From the NCBI GenBank assembly GCA_017482465.1, contig JAFUMW010000018.1:663-64662 (forward strand): a stretch of 64,000 bases of DNA, given 5' to 3'. The notes under the pieces are model-generated. The model did no database searches, was not told the origin of the DNA, and saw only the letters and a program-made list of their open reading frames with translations. The DNA comes from Clostridia bacterium (GTDB taxonomy: Bacteria; Bacillota; Clostridia; Oscillospirales; CAG-272). Shown here one piece after another: positions 30,088-39,136 of this stretch. Made by a program: the position numbers and the translations under genes. Within the stretch, counting starts at the first letter, position 1; each line of letters starts with the position of its first letter.

Positions 30088-32106
30088 ATGAGTGAAAAAA
30101 ATATTAAAAAGCCCGAGCTTTTGGCTCCCGCGGGCAGTGCCGAGGCGCTTGATGCGGCAATAGCGGGCGGTGCCGATGCTGTATATTTCGGTGCTTCGGC
30201 TTTTAACGCGAGAATGAATGCGGCAAATTTCGGGCAGGACGATATACGTCGTGCAATAGAAAAGTGCCGTAATTTCGGCGTGCGCTCGAATATTACCTTC
30301 AATACGCTCATATATGACAGAGAACGCGACGATGCGCTTCGTGAGATCGAGTTTCTTTACAAGTGCGGTGCGGACGCTCTTATAATCGCCGATCTCGGAC
30401 TTGCGCTCGATGTCAGACACCGCTTTCCCGACATTGAGCTTCATGCAAGCACACAGATGTCGGTACACAATACCGACGGCGCGCAGTTTCTTGCCGAGCG
30501 GGGCTTTGACCGTGTGGTCGTTGCACGCGAGCTTGACCGCGATTCGATCAGGTACTTGTGTGAAAACTCGCCTGTCGAGACAGAGATATTTATTCACGGC
30601 GCACTCTGTGTTTCTCATTCGGGACAGTGCTTGTTCAGCTCTCTTGTCGGAGGCAGAAGCGGAAACCGAGGCGAGTGCGCGCAACCCTGCAGACTTCCGT
30701 ATTCGGGCTCGTATCCGTTAAGCTTGAAGGATAATTGTCTTGCTCCGCATTTTTCCGATCTTTTAACGCTGAAAGCGGCTTCGCTGAAGATAGAGGGAAG
30801 AATGAAGTCGCCGGCGTATGTGTATGGGGTTACTTCAATATACAGACGGCTCATTGATGAGCAGCGTAACGCTACAGTACAGGAAATGGAGGAGCTTGCC
30901 GCTTTATTTTCAAGAAGCGGATTTACAGACGGGTATTATACAAAAAATATCACACCGTCGATGAACGGAATAAGGACGGAAAATGACAAAGCGCTGGCAA
31001 AAAATGAAGCAGATTTTGATATAAAGGACGGCCGACGCGAACTTTGTGCGAAAGCAAGCTTTAAGCTCGGAGAGCCCTCAAGTCTTACTCTTACGCTTGA
31101 CGGTATAAGTGTGAGTGCCTGCGGAGATACCCCTGTCCCTGCATTGAACGCACCTCTTACACATGAAGCGGTAAAAAAGAATATTCTTAAGTTCGGATCA
31201 TCCGATTTTACCTGCACGGACGTTGAGCTTGAGCTTGATGAGGGCGTTATAGTTCCGGTGTCGAAGATAAACGCGCTCAGACGCGATGCTTTGGCGGCGC
31301 TTGTAGAAAAGCTTGCTCCGAAACGCAGAATAAACCAAGAAGCACGTGAAGAAGCACAGATATTGAGCTTGTACCCGCCTCGCAAAAGCGCGCGGTTTAT
31401 GAGCGCCGCACAGATAAGCGATGAGGCAAAAAAATACTTCGATATCATATATCTGCCCGTTGAAAAATACAGCGGGGAGGCAAACGGTGTTATTCTTCCG
31501 CCGGTTATATTTGATCGTGAGACGGGATATGTCAGGGAGATGTTACGCTCGGCAAAAGAAAAAGGCGCTGTACACGCGCTTGTAGGTAACATCGGGCAAA
31601 TTGCACTTGCTAAGGAACTTGGCTTTGAGTGCCACGGTGACTTCAGGCTGAATGTGACAAATCAACGCAGTGTGAAAGCTCTTCTTGAAGCAGGTCTTGC
31701 CGACGTGATACCCTCTCCCGAGCTTACCCTTGTAAGGATCGCGGATCTTGGAGAAAGAGCATCGTGTAATACGGTGGTATATGGGCGCATACCTATGATG
31801 TTGCTTGAAAAATGTGTTATCAAGCAGATCTCGGGATGCGATAAGTGCGCGCAGAACAAGGGTGTGCTTACCGACAGAATGGGAGAAAGCTTTCCTGTTT
31901 ACCGTGAGCTCGGGCACAGAAACGTCGTTTACAACAGCCGCGTGACCTATATGGCTGACAGAAAGCGTGAGCTGGAAAGTGCGAAGATACTCGGCGGACA
32001 CTTTATTTTTACCGACGAGGGCGCAAAAGAGGTCGATCGTATCATAAACGCATACACAAAATGTCTGCCGCATGACAAAAACGTACGCCGAATAGCGAAA
32101 AAGTGA
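30088..32106 (+). CDS. U32-family peptidase, long form with C-terminal extension (E. coli YdcP/RlhA-like architecture)
   Basis: PELLAPAGS.EAL.AAI.GGADAVYFG, U32 signature region E.FIHGALCVSHSGQCLFS and RSGNRGECAQPCR. 672 aa. Confidence 0.8.
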   Translation: MSEKNIKKPELLAPAGSAEALDAAIAGGADAVYFGASAFNARMNAANFGQDDIRRAIEKCRNFGVRSNITFNTLIYDRERDDALREIEFLYKCGADALIIADLGLALDVRHRFPDIELHASTQMSVHNTDGAQFLAERGFDRVVVARELDRDSIRYLCENSPVETEIFIHGALCVSHSGQCLFSSLVGGRSGNRGECAQPCRLPYSGSYPLSLKDNCLAPHFSDLLTLKAASLKIEGRMKSPAYVYGVTSIYRRLIDEQRNATVQEMEELAALFSRSGFTDGYYTKNITPSMNGIRTENDKALAKNEADFDIKDGRRELCAKASFKLGEPSSLTLTLDGISVSACGDTPVPALNAPLTHEAVKKNILKFGSSDFTCTDVELELDEGVIVPVSKINALRRDALAALVEKLAPKRRINQEAREEAQILSLYPPRKSARFMSAAQISDEAKKYFDIIYLPVEKYSGEANGVILPPVIFDRETGYVREMLRSAKEKGAVHALVGNIGQIALAKELGFECHGDFRLNVTNQRSVKALLEAGLADVIPSPELTLVRIADLGERASCNTVVYGRIPMMLLEKCVIKQISGCDKCAQNKGVLTDRMGESFPVYRELGHRNVVYNSRVTYMADRKRELESAKILGGHFIFTDEGAKEVDRIINAYTKCLPHDKNVRRIAKK

Positions 32107-32112
32107 GGCTGC

Positions 32113-32757
32113 ATGAAATATAAATATATTGTCTGGGACTTTAACGGAACGATAGTTGACGATGTCAGGATCGGTATCGACAGTGTTAATCCGCTGCTTG
32201 CCGCTCGTGGGCTTAAAACGATCGACAGCGTTGAAGAATACAGGAAAAAGTTTGGTTTTCCGATAAAGGAATATTACAGAAGTCTCGGCTTTGATTTTGA
32301 CGCAGAGCCGTACGAGGTCATCGCACACGAATGGGTGAGAAACTACAAGGCTCTTGAGCCGACGGTCGAGACAGTACCCGGGGTGCGTGAGCTTATCGAC
32401 TGCCTGACAGATATGGGGGTCGGGCAGATGATACTGTCAGCGTCCGAGCGGGAAATGCTTGAAGAGAAGCTTGAAAAGCTCGGTCTGTTTGACAAATTTT
32501 CGCATATACTTGCGCTTGACAATATATACGCGCACAGTAAGCTCGATATAGCAAAAGCTTATTTCAAGGACAAGAACAAGGAAGAGTATCTTATGATCGG
32601 GGATACCTCTCATGATGCACAGGTCGCACGCGAAGTAGGCATCGACGCAGTTCTTGTTGAGTGCGGACATCACGCAAAAGAGAGACTTATAAGTACCGGA
32701 TATCCGGTGTTTGATGACATGAAGCAGCTGCTTGAGCATATAAAAAGCGGTGATTGA
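32113..32757 (+). CDS. HAD-family hydrolase (phosphoglycolate phosphatase-like)
   Basis: HAD motif I IVWDFNGTIVDD, motif II ILSAS, motif IV IGDTSHD. Confidence 0.7.
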   Translation: MKYKYIVWDFNGTIVDDVRIGIDSVNPLLAARGLKTIDSVEEYRKKFGFPIKEYYRSLGFDFDAEPYEVIAHEWVRNYKALEPTVETVPGVRELIDCLTDMGVGQMILSASEREMLEEKLEKLGLFDKFSHILALDNIYAHSKLDIAKAYFKDKNKEEYLMIGDTSHDAQVAREVGIDAVLVECGHHAKERLISTGYPVFDDMKQLLEHIKSGD

Positions 32758-32770
32758 GGAGAAAGGGAAA

Positions 32771-33550
32771 ATGAAGAGACGTGAAGCGCCTATAGCGGTC
32801 ATAGACTCGGGTGTCGGAGGAATATCCGTGCTTGCCGAGCTCGTACGGGTAATGCCGTATGAAAACTTCATATACTTCGGCGACTCCGCCAATGCACCCT
32901 ACGGAACAAAAACACGCGATCGAGTGCGTGAGATCACACTTGAAAACACAGAGCGCTTGCTTGAAATGGGTGTAAAGGCTATAGTAGTTGCCTGTAACAC
33001 AGCTACAAGCGCGGCGGTAAGGGTGATGAGGGAAAAGTATCCCGAAATACCGATCGTTGGCATCGAGCCTGCGATAAAGCCCGCACTTGAGGTGTGTGAG
33101 CACCCGACGGTCGCGGTCATGGCAACACCGCTCACTCTCGCCGAGGAGAAGTTTTTAAAGCTCAAAGAGCGTTTTTCGGCTGACGAAGACGTAATAGCGT
33201 TGCCGTGTCCCGGACTTATGGAGCTTATAGAGGCAGGACACACTGAAGGCGAGCTTATAAACGCGTACATAAGAGATGTTTTCGCCCCCTTGGAGGGAAA
33301 ACGCATCGACGCGATCGTGCTCGGATGTACGCATTATCCATTCATTAAAGAAGCCGTACGCGCGTATTTCGGCGGTACTGCCGCCGTGCTTGACGGCGGA
33401 GCGGGAACGGCGCGAGAGGCAAAACGGCGTATAACCGAGGCGGGGCTTGAGAATCTCGGAACGGGCTTGGGTACTGTCAGATACATAAGCACGGACGGTG
33501 ATGAAAGCAAGACCGAATTATACAAAAGATTTATGAAAGAATACCGCTGA
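32771..33550 (+). CDS. murI: Glutamate racemase
   Basis: PIAVIDSGVGGISV, YFGDSANAPYG, VVACNTAT, LGCTHYP. ATG 32771 is preceded by GAGGAGAAAGGG. The track start at 32750 is GTG. Confidence 0.9.
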   Translation: MKRREAPIAVIDSGVGGISVLAELVRVMPYENFIYFGDSANAPYGTKTRDRVREITLENTERLLEMGVKAIVVACNTATSAAVRVMREKYPEIPIVGIEPAIKPALEVCEHPTVAVMATPLTLAEEKFLKLKERFSADEDVIALPCPGLMELIEAGHTEGELINAYIRDVFAPLEGKRIDAIVLGCTHYPFIKEAVRAYFGGTAAVLDGGAGTAREAKRRITEAGLENLGTGLGTVRYISTDGDESKTELYKRFMKEYR

Positions 33551-33582
33551 GCATAAATAAAAACGCTGAAAGGAGGGCGCAG

Positions 33583-35757
33583 ATGAAAAAAGGAGAGATA
33601 ATATCCGTAAGAACACCTGTTGATGTTATCCCTGGAATAAGTACTGTCAGAAAGAAATCGTTTGACGCTCTCGGTGCGAACGATCTCGGCGGACTTGCAG
33701 ATCATTTTCCGAGAGGATATCAGAACAGAAAGAATATTTGTAAGCTTGCAGATGCGCCGATCGGAACACCCGTTTCTCTCATCCTGACGGTGGGAACAGA
33801 CCCGAAAAGCGTTAAGCTTCGCGGAAATCTTTCGCTCACTAAATTTAAGGCTTTTGATGACAGTGGAAGCTGTGAGATCGTTTTTTACAATCGTACATAT
33901 GCAGATAAAAGCTATCCCAGAGGCTCGACGCATCGCTTTTACGGCAGACTTACGTGTGATAAAAACGTCTTAAGGCTTAATTCGCCCGAAACCGAACCGT
34001 ACTATGACGGCGCGAAGCTGTTGCCGATGGTGCCGATATACCCGCTTACAGCGGGACTTTCTCAGAAGATCGTCATGAATTCTGTAAGACGTGCGCTCGA
34101 CCTTCTTTATTCCAAGGAAAGCGAGCTTGCCGCATACACTTCGATACCGCCGGCAGACCCGATACCCTCAGAGGTGAGAAAAAAATATAATCTGTGTGCG
34201 CGTGCGTATGCGTACGAAAATATACATTTTCCGAGTGATGAGGAAACGCTTAAACAGGCGGGTGACAGGCTCGCTTTTGAAGAATTGTTTTTGCTCTCGG
34301 TAAAATTGAATTATACAAAAAGGACGCAAAAGCGAGAGATCGCGCCTCGGATGACGGATACTGAGCTGAACGGATTTTTAAGTATGCTTCCGTACGAGCT
34401 GACGGGAGCGCAGAAAAAGGTATGTGCGGCTATTTGCGAGGATATGGCAGTAAATGTACCCATGAGCCGTCTTGTGGCGGGTGATGTGGGAAGCGGTAAA
34501 ACTGTTTGTGCCGCGGCAGGCGCGTATATAGCCATGAAAAACGGATACCAGGCGGCGATGATGGCGCCGACCGAAATACTTGCACGCCAGCATTACAATG
34601 ATATGTCCGAGCTTTTTAACAAGCTTGGGTACAAAGTGGAATTACTTATAGGCGCGACAAAAGCGTCCGAAAAAAAACGCATACTCGAAGCCTTGAAAGA
34701 GGGAAAAGTCGATTTTATAATAGGCACACACTCGCTTATCGGTGACAAGGTTGAGTTTAAGGCGGCGGGACTTGTGATAACAGACGAACAGCACCGCTTC
34801 GGTGTCAGACAACGTGCCGCGCTCGGCGAAAAAGCGCGCGGGGTTCATGTGCTTGTCATGAGTGCGACCCCGATACCGCGTACGCTTGCACTGATACTTT
34901 ACGGCGATCTTGATATTTCGCAGATAAACGAAATGCCGCCCGGACGGCAGAAGGTCGACACATTCGTTGTTAACGAAAGCTACCGCGACCGTCTTAATGG
35001 CTTCATACGCAAGCAGGTCGACGCGGGACATAGGGTGTATATCGTTTGTCCCACGGTTGAGGAAGCACAAACAGAGGCAGATGATGAGACCGATGTGAGT
35101 CTGTCGGATTTCTTTGAATTTTTTGAAAAGGAAGAAAAGCCTGCGCTCAAATCGACGCTTGAGTATGCAAGAAAGCTGCGCGAGGAGATATTCCCTGATC
35201 TCGGTGTCGGATATATACACGGCAAGATGAAGAGCGCGGAAAAGGAAGCCGCAATGAATGCTTTTGTAAACGGAGAAACGCAGATACTCGTATCGACAAC
35301 GGTCATCGAGGTCGGCGTAAATGTACCCGAGGCTACGCTGATGATAGTCGAAAACGCCGAAAGATTCGGTCTTTCACAGCTTCATCAGCTGAGGGGGCGT
35401 GTCGGGCGAGGCAAGGAGAAGTCATACTGTGTACTCGTATCCGATGCAAAAGCAGGTACAAGCAGTGCAAAAAGGCTTGAGGTCATGCGTATGACCTCTG
35501 ACGGATATGCTATCGCAGAGCGCGATCTTGAGCAGCGCGGACCCGGAGATTTTATTTCAAGCGGCGGCGATATAAGACAGCACGGCAAGCTAAAGCTCAG
35601 GCTTGCGTCATTTACAGACGCGGCGCTCATAATGGACGCGTCCGAGGCCGCGGCAAGCGTGATCTCAAAAGACCCCGAGCTGTCACTTCCCGAGCATGCA
35701 GGACTTAAACAGGCACTGGGAGAGCTTGCTGACGCGAACGCTTCTTTTGCAAACTAA
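33583..35757 (+). CDS. recG: ATP-dependent DNA helicase RecG
   Basis: OB-fold wedge N-terminus, LPYELTGAQ, Walker A GDVGSGKT, DEQHRFG, SATPIPRT, QLHQLRGRVGRG. Confidence 0.93.
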   Translation: MKKGEIISVRTPVDVIPGISTVRKKSFDALGANDLGGLADHFPRGYQNRKNICKLADAPIGTPVSLILTVGTDPKSVKLRGNLSLTKFKAFDDSGSCEIVFYNRTYADKSYPRGSTHRFYGRLTCDKNVLRLNSPETEPYYDGAKLLPMVPIYPLTAGLSQKIVMNSVRRALDLLYSKESELAAYTSIPPADPIPSEVRKKYNLCARAYAYENIHFPSDEETLKQAGDRLAFEELFLLSVKLNYTKRTQKREIAPRMTDTELNGFLSMLPYELTGAQKKVCAAICEDMAVNVPMSRLVAGDVGSGKTVCAAAGAYIAMKNGYQAAMMAPTEILARQHYNDMSELFNKLGYKVELLIGATKASEKKRILEALKEGKVDFIIGTHSLIGDKVEFKAAGLVITDEQHRFGVRQRAALGEKARGVHVLVMSATPIPRTLALILYGDLDISQINEMPPGRQKVDTFVVNESYRDRLNGFIRKQVDAGHRVYIVCPTVEEAQTEADDETDVSLSDFFEFFEKEEKPALKSTLEYARKLREEIFPDLGVGYIHGKMKSAEKEAAMNAFVNGETQILVSTTVIEVGVNVPEATLMIVENAERFGLSQLHQLRGRVGRGKEKSYCVLVSDAKAGTSSAKRLEVMRMTSDGYAIAERDLEQRGPGDFISSGGDIRQHGKLKLRLASFTDAALIMDASEAAASVISKDPELSLPEHAGLKQALGELADANASFAN

Positions 35758-35790
35758 CATATATCATCTTTCTGAAAGGAAATAAAGGCT

Positions 35791-37023
35791 ATGGCAGTCA
35801 GACCAATGGCGGACATCATCCGCCCGAAGGATTTTGACGAAATGATAGGTCAGGAAAAGCTTGTCGGCAAAAACGGTGTTCTTCGCCGTATGGTCGAGTC
35901 CGGACATATCACAAATATGATATTTTTCGGTCCTCCCGGCACAGGTAAGACCACGGCGGCAAAGATAATAGCCGAAAAATCGGGAATGGAGCTTCGCGAG
36001 CTCAACGCTACAACCGCTTCACTGTCCGACATCAAGGCTGTTATATCGGAGACCTCAACGATGATGGGCTCGTCGGGAATACTTCTTTACCTTGATGAGA
36101 TACAATACTTCAACAAAAAGCAACAGCAGTCACTTCTTGAGTTTATCGAGGACGGGCGTATCACGCTGATAGCCTCGACCACCGAAAACCCGTATTTTTA
36201 TGTTTACAACGCGATAATCTCACGGTCTGCGGTCTTTGAATTTAAGCCGGTCACACCTGCGGAGACTGCCAAGGCATTAAGGCGCGCGTTTGATATAATG
36301 AACGAGCGAGAGGGGCAGTCAAAGACGGTGTCCGATGAAACGCTGTTACATATAGCATCGCTCGGAGCAGGCGATGTGCGTCGTTCGGTAGGTATTGTGG
36401 AGAATGCGTACTGGGCGTCGGATGATGAGATAACCACGGAAACGGTGTCGCTGTTTGCCGACCGAAATATAGGAAACTTCGACCGAGACGGCGATGTGCA
36501 TTACGATCTTTTGTCAGCGCTTCAGAAGTCGATACGTGGATCAGACCCCGATGCGGCGGTGTTCTACCTTGCGAAATTGCTTGAGGGCGGCGACATAATC
36601 TCGGCATGCCGACGGCTTCTCGTTATCGCAAATGAGGATGTCGGACTTGCCTATCCTCTTGCGGCGGTGGTGACAAAGGCTTGCTGTGACACTGCGAGAG
36701 AGCTCGGTATGCCCGAGGCAAGGCTTGCTCTTGCAAACGCGGCTGTTTTACTTGCGACCGCGCCGAAATCGAACACGGCACACAATGCGATCATAGCGGC
36801 GTGTGAGGATGTTGCGAACGGCAAGGGACAAAACGTGCCGACGATACTTCAAAGCCCTTGCTTCAAGGGATACAAGTACCCGCATGATTACAAAAATCAT
36901 TACGTCAAGCAGACGTATCTGCCCGATGACCTTGTCGGCAAGGTGTATTATGAGTACGGCGATAACCGTACCGAGCAGGCGGCAAAGGCGTATTGGGAAC
37001 AAATAAAGGAAGACAAGAGATAA
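35791..37023 (+). CDS. rarA: Replication-associated recombination protein A (AAA+ ATPase RarA/MgsA)
   Basis: RP..FDE.IGQ, Walker A GPPGTGKTT, LYLDEIQYFNK, GDVRR, SIRGSDPDAA.FYLA, YKYPHD. Confidence 0.9.
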   Translation: MAVRPMADIIRPKDFDEMIGQEKLVGKNGVLRRMVESGHITNMIFFGPPGTGKTTAAKIIAEKSGMELRELNATTASLSDIKAVISETSTMMGSSGILLYLDEIQYFNKKQQQSLLEFIEDGRITLIASTTENPYFYVYNAIISRSAVFEFKPVTPAETAKALRRAFDIMNEREGQSKTVSDETLLHIASLGAGDVRRSVGIVENAYWASDDEITTETVSLFADRNIGNFDRDGDVHYDLLSALQKSIRGSDPDAAVFYLAKLLEGGDIISACRRLLVIANEDVGLAYPLAAVVTKACCDTARELGMPEARLALANAAVLLATAPKSNTAHNAIIAACEDVANGKGQNVPTILQSPCFKGYKYPHDYKNHYVKQTYLPDDLVGKVYYEYGDNRTEQAAKAYWEQIKEDKR

Positions 37024-37102
37024 TGAAAGGATAAATAAAATCTCAAATTGCTTTTATAACGCGGAGATACTTCTCCCTAAATTCAAAGAAGATAAAGAAA
37101 AG

Positions 37103-38308
37103 ATGAAAAAATGGTCGACCATCGCGTGTGACCAATACACGAGCGAGGCTGGCTATTGGAGCGAGGTCGAAGCTCTTGTTGGGGAATCAGAGTCTGCACT
37201 CCGTGTTACTCTGCCCGAGATATACCTCGAAGGAGAAACGGCAGAGCGCATCATAAATATCAACAAGACGATGCACGAGTATACGGCAAACACGCTTGAC
37301 TGCTTTAAGGATTGCGAGATATATCTTGAGCGTACACTTGCCGACGGCCGCGTAAGACACGGACTTATAGGTAAGATAGACCTTGAAAAATACGATTACA
37401 CAAAGGGCGCGCAAACTCTTGTCCGCGCGACCGAGGGAACAGTGCTTTCGCGTATTCCTCCGAGAGTAGAGATACGCCGCGGCGCAGAGATCGAGCTTCC
37501 GCACGTGATGATGCTTATAGACGACCGTGACAACAGCGTTATGGGTGCGCTTGAGGAAGGAAAGCCCCTCTTTGAAACGGCTTACGACTTTGAGCTTATG
37601 CAGAACGGCGGCTCGGTCAAGGGGTATTTTGTTGACGCCGCTACGCAGAAAAAGGTCAATGCCGCGCTTGAAGCGCTCTGCGACATTGACGCGTATAATA
37701 AAAAGTACGGCGTAAATGAAAAAGCGCCCATGCTTTTTGCTGTGGGCGACGGAAATCATTCGCTTGCGAGCGCAAAGGCGTTGTACGAGGAAATAAAGGC
37801 AAAGCTCGGCGAAGCGGCAAAGGATCATCCCGCGAGATACGCGCTTGTAGAGATCGTGAATATCCACGACGCGGCGCTTGAGTTCGAGCCGATCTATCGT
37901 GTAGTGTTCGATACCGATACAAATAAGATCATGAGTGAGCTTAAGGCGTACGCAGAGGCTGATAAGGGCGGCGAGAACGCGTTTGAGATCGAGTGTATTG
38001 GTAAGAGAGTAAACGAAAGGATCGTTATTAAAAATTCAAAGGATGAGCTTGCGGTCGGCGCGCTTCAGGCGTTCTTGGATGCCTACCTTGAAAAGAACGC
38101 AGGCAAGATCGACTACATACACGGAATCGAGTCGACAAAAACGCTTGCCGATGCCGATAACGCAATAGGCTTTATTTTCGAGGGCATGAGCAAGAACGCG
38201 CTGTTCAAGAGCGTAATTGTCGGTGGCTCGCTTCCCAGAAAGACTTTCTCAATGGGAGAAGCAAACGACAAGAGATATTATCTTGAAGCAAGAAAGATCG
38301 TCGAGTGA
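37103..38308 (+). CDS. DUF1015-family protein
   Basis: About 400 aa. ACDQYTSE, LIGKIDLE, FAVGDGNHS motifs match my recollection of DUF1015. Confidence 0.65.
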   Translation: MKKWSTIACDQYTSEAGYWSEVEALVGESESALRVTLPEIYLEGETAERIININKTMHEYTANTLDCFKDCEIYLERTLADGRVRHGLIGKIDLEKYDYTKGAQTLVRATEGTVLSRIPPRVEIRRGAEIELPHVMMLIDDRDNSVMGALEEGKPLFETAYDFELMQNGGSVKGYFVDAATQKKVNAALEALCDIDAYNKKYGVNEKAPMLFAVGDGNHSLASAKALYEEIKAKLGEAAKDHPARYALVEIVNIHDAALEFEPIYRVVFDTDTNKIMSELKAYAEADKGGENAFEIECIGKRVNERIVIKNSKDELAVGALQAFLDAYLEKNAGKIDYIHGIESTKTLADADNAIGFIFEGMSKNALFKSVIVGGSLPRKTFSMGEANDKRYYLEARKIVE

Positions 38309-38310
38309 GA

Positions 38311-38365
38311 AAGAAATAAAACAAACCGGGGAGCTTAAAATACTTCCCGGTTTGTTATTCTTGTA
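38311..38365. terminator. Bidirectional intrinsic terminator at the left edge of the AT-rich island
   Basis: ACAAACCGGGGAG (38321-38333) pairs with CTTCCCGGTTTGT (38343-38355), 13 bp with one mismatch. T-rich tails follow on both strands (plus TTATTCTTGT, minus TTTTATTTCTTTC). The right arm encodes the last codons of the JAB gene. Confidence 0.75.
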
Positions 38366-38757
38366 TCTTGTTTTATTACGTTGTTTTTAGTAACAGAATA
38401 TAGAGTGAGTGTTTTCTTTGGTGTTAGAACAATCCCGAGTAGTATTTGTGACAGATTGTTTGTGGAAATTATTTGTCGCATGTAATATATATCCTCGCTT
38501 GAGGGCTCGATGTTTTGGTGATGGCTGTGTACTATACCGGCAAAAATTATATTATATTCTCTCCATATTTCAATAGTTTTTTCAAGCATTTTGCAGTTTG
38601 GAGAATATGACCTTGGCGAACAAACAGACGGTGTAATATCTAATTCAAAAAAAGATATTACACCGTTTTTGGTGCCTATAATTCCGCCTTGCTCAAATTT
38701 AGGCGAAACTAACAAATTAACAACATTTTTGTAAGTTTTTTGGGAAATCAAAAGCAC
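38335..38757 (-). CDS. JAB/MPN-family (Prok-JAB-like) zinc metalloprotease
   Basis: 140 aa. Conserved Glu context FEQGGIIG, then GIVHSHHQNIEPSSED, which fits the JAMM motif HxH-x6-SxxD. GTG start directly after the upstream TAA, with GGGAG 9 nt upstream. Confidence 0.7.
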   Translation of the reverse strand: MLLISQKTYKNVVNLLVSPKFEQGGIIGTKNGVISFFELDITPSVCSPRSYSPNCKMLEKTIEIWREYNIIFAGIVHSHHQNIEPSSEDIYYMRQIISTNNLSQILLGIVLTPKKTLTLYSVTKNNVIKQDTRITNREVF

Positions 38758-38958
38758 TTATCGCTTCTCCCAACTTGAACATGATGTGTTTGTTTGAGGA
38801 TTTCGGTATGTAGATTTTTCTTTACACCAAAAATAAACGGGTGTATCTTTGGTCGGCCGAGAATAATCGAGATAGCGACATTCTCCGCATAGAGTTGTTT
38901 CGCAAAATTTTCCTTTAGGAATTATAATGTCTTTCATGTTTTTTTCTTTACTTATCAT
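38758..38958 (-). CDS. Small Cys-rich protein (59-66 aa; start ambiguous, ATG 38958 or 38937)
   Basis: Track ORF 38758..39006, shortened because its 5' part overlaps the zinc-finger gene. Contains FCETTLCGECRYLDY...YFWCKEK...SCSSWE (5 Cys). Its stop abuts the JAB start codon. Confidence 0.4.
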   Translation of the reverse strand: MISKEKNMKDIIIPKGKFCETTLCGECRYLDYSRPTKDTPVYFWCKEKSTYRNPQTNTSCSSWEKR

Positions 38959-39127
38959 ATGGATTTTTTCCGCTACCAAGGCATGCGGCGCATTCTTTGC
39001 GACCATCGCCGTTACAGTAACCGCACTTTTTTTCAGTATTTCTGGGATCTTTTCCGGATCCTTTACAAACGGGGCAAATGATTTTTCCGTTTCCGTTACA
39101 TTCTCTGCAAGTTGACATAACTTTCAT
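38948..39127 (-). CDS. Mini-protein made of four DnaJ-type CxxCxGxG zinc-finger motifs (56-59 aa); not in the ORF track
   Basis: My minus-strand translation: M(KVM)STCRECNGNGKIICPVCKGSGKDPRNTEKKCGYCNGDGRKECAACLGSGKNPYDK*. It has four perfect CxxCxGxG repeats. AAGGAAAGGA RBS. Start ATG 39127 or 39118. Confidence 0.6.
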   Translation of the reverse strand: MKVMSTCRECNGNGKIICPVCKGSGKDPRNTEKKCGYCNGDGRKECAACLGSGKNPYDK

Positions 39128-39136
39128 TCCTTTCCT

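Noticed and set aside
33334-33933. 199-aa minus-strand ORF across the murI/recG junction
   Set aside because: It is antisense to both conserved genes and their RBS region. It has no motif and biased composition, so it is a shadow ORF.
38927-39115. 62-aa plus-strand track ORF in the island
   Set aside because: It is antisense to the four-fold CxxCxGxG reading frame. That frame has an RBS, operon context and a highly non-random motif pattern, whereas the plus-strand product is featureless.
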